This document shows, in pieces, positions 63,960-64,000 of a stretch of DNA of 64,000 bases. The stretch covers positions 1-64,000 of the forward strand of contig ADNK01000452.1 in the NCBI GenBank assembly GCA_000320545.1. Direction: 5' to 3'. Positions within the stretch are counted from its first letter, which is position 1. Every line of letters begins with the position of its first letter. The notes beneath the pieces were generated by a model, which was not told where the DNA came from, did no database searches, and saw only the letters and a list, made by a program, of their open reading frames with translations. The DNA is from Bigelowiella natans CCMP2755 (lineage: Eukaryota; Protista; Cercozoa). Made by a program: the position numbers and the translations under genes.

Positions 63960-64000
63960 ACTCTCTCTTGTCACAGTTTTTGCTTCGTCAGCTAGAAAAG
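61207..64000 (-). CDS. PfkB-family carbohydrate kinase, ketohexokinase-like; 5' end outside window
   Basis: SPFTYVIVDKK|STRTCIHTP, WVHLDGRH, GVLVSLDVEKDRPGLAKLL, FVVSTMG, PfkB signature IVDTTGAGDAYIAG (~61750-61800), LGSYVAAKKLTRLGAREG; stop TGA 61207-61209. Confidence 0.92.

Noticed and set aside
62-64000. Hundreds of ORFs with poly-H/T/I/S/L/CV/ER runs
   Set aside because: They are translations of intronic microsatellites; real exons between them splice into recognisable proteins.

Overview
Gene-dense, intron-rich eukaryotic (protist) nuclear DNA. Introns are canonical GT-AG and often packed with microsatellites. A chlorarachniophyte/cercozoan-like origin is my inference from genome style only. 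Most listed ORFs are simple-repeat or antisense artefacts, so genes were rebuilt by manual splicing. In order: SLC26 anion transporter (-, runs off the 5' edge); F-box+JmjC (JMJD6-like) protein (+); small orphan (+); bZIP factor (-); SAP-like protein (+); a ~10 kb PDZ/Ser-rich/2xCUE/EF-hand/NHL multidomain gene (-); two poorly resolved coding-like regions; a 15 kb polycystin-1-like receptor (+; mucin stalks, C-type lectin, CUB, RCC1-like, LamG, REJ, GPS, TMs, PDZ); a SAM-fused Cys-less pentameric ligand-gated channel (-); an unexplained hairpin-rich ~0.7 kb segment; TPT-family transporter (+); NCBP3-like RRM protein (-); SLC35A nucleotide-sugar transporter (+); ketohexokinase-like PfkB kinase (-, runs off the 3' edge). 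Strongest leads: the SAM-pLGIC with no signal peptide and Arg at M2 6'; the pore-less PKD1-like receptor with PDZ; recurring CTAG/CATG/TGCA-rich blocks at gene 3' ends; and the candidate structured RNA at 53.6-54.2 kb. No rRNA, tRNA, CRISPR or intact transposon was recognised. Exon boundaries are hand-derived and approximate.
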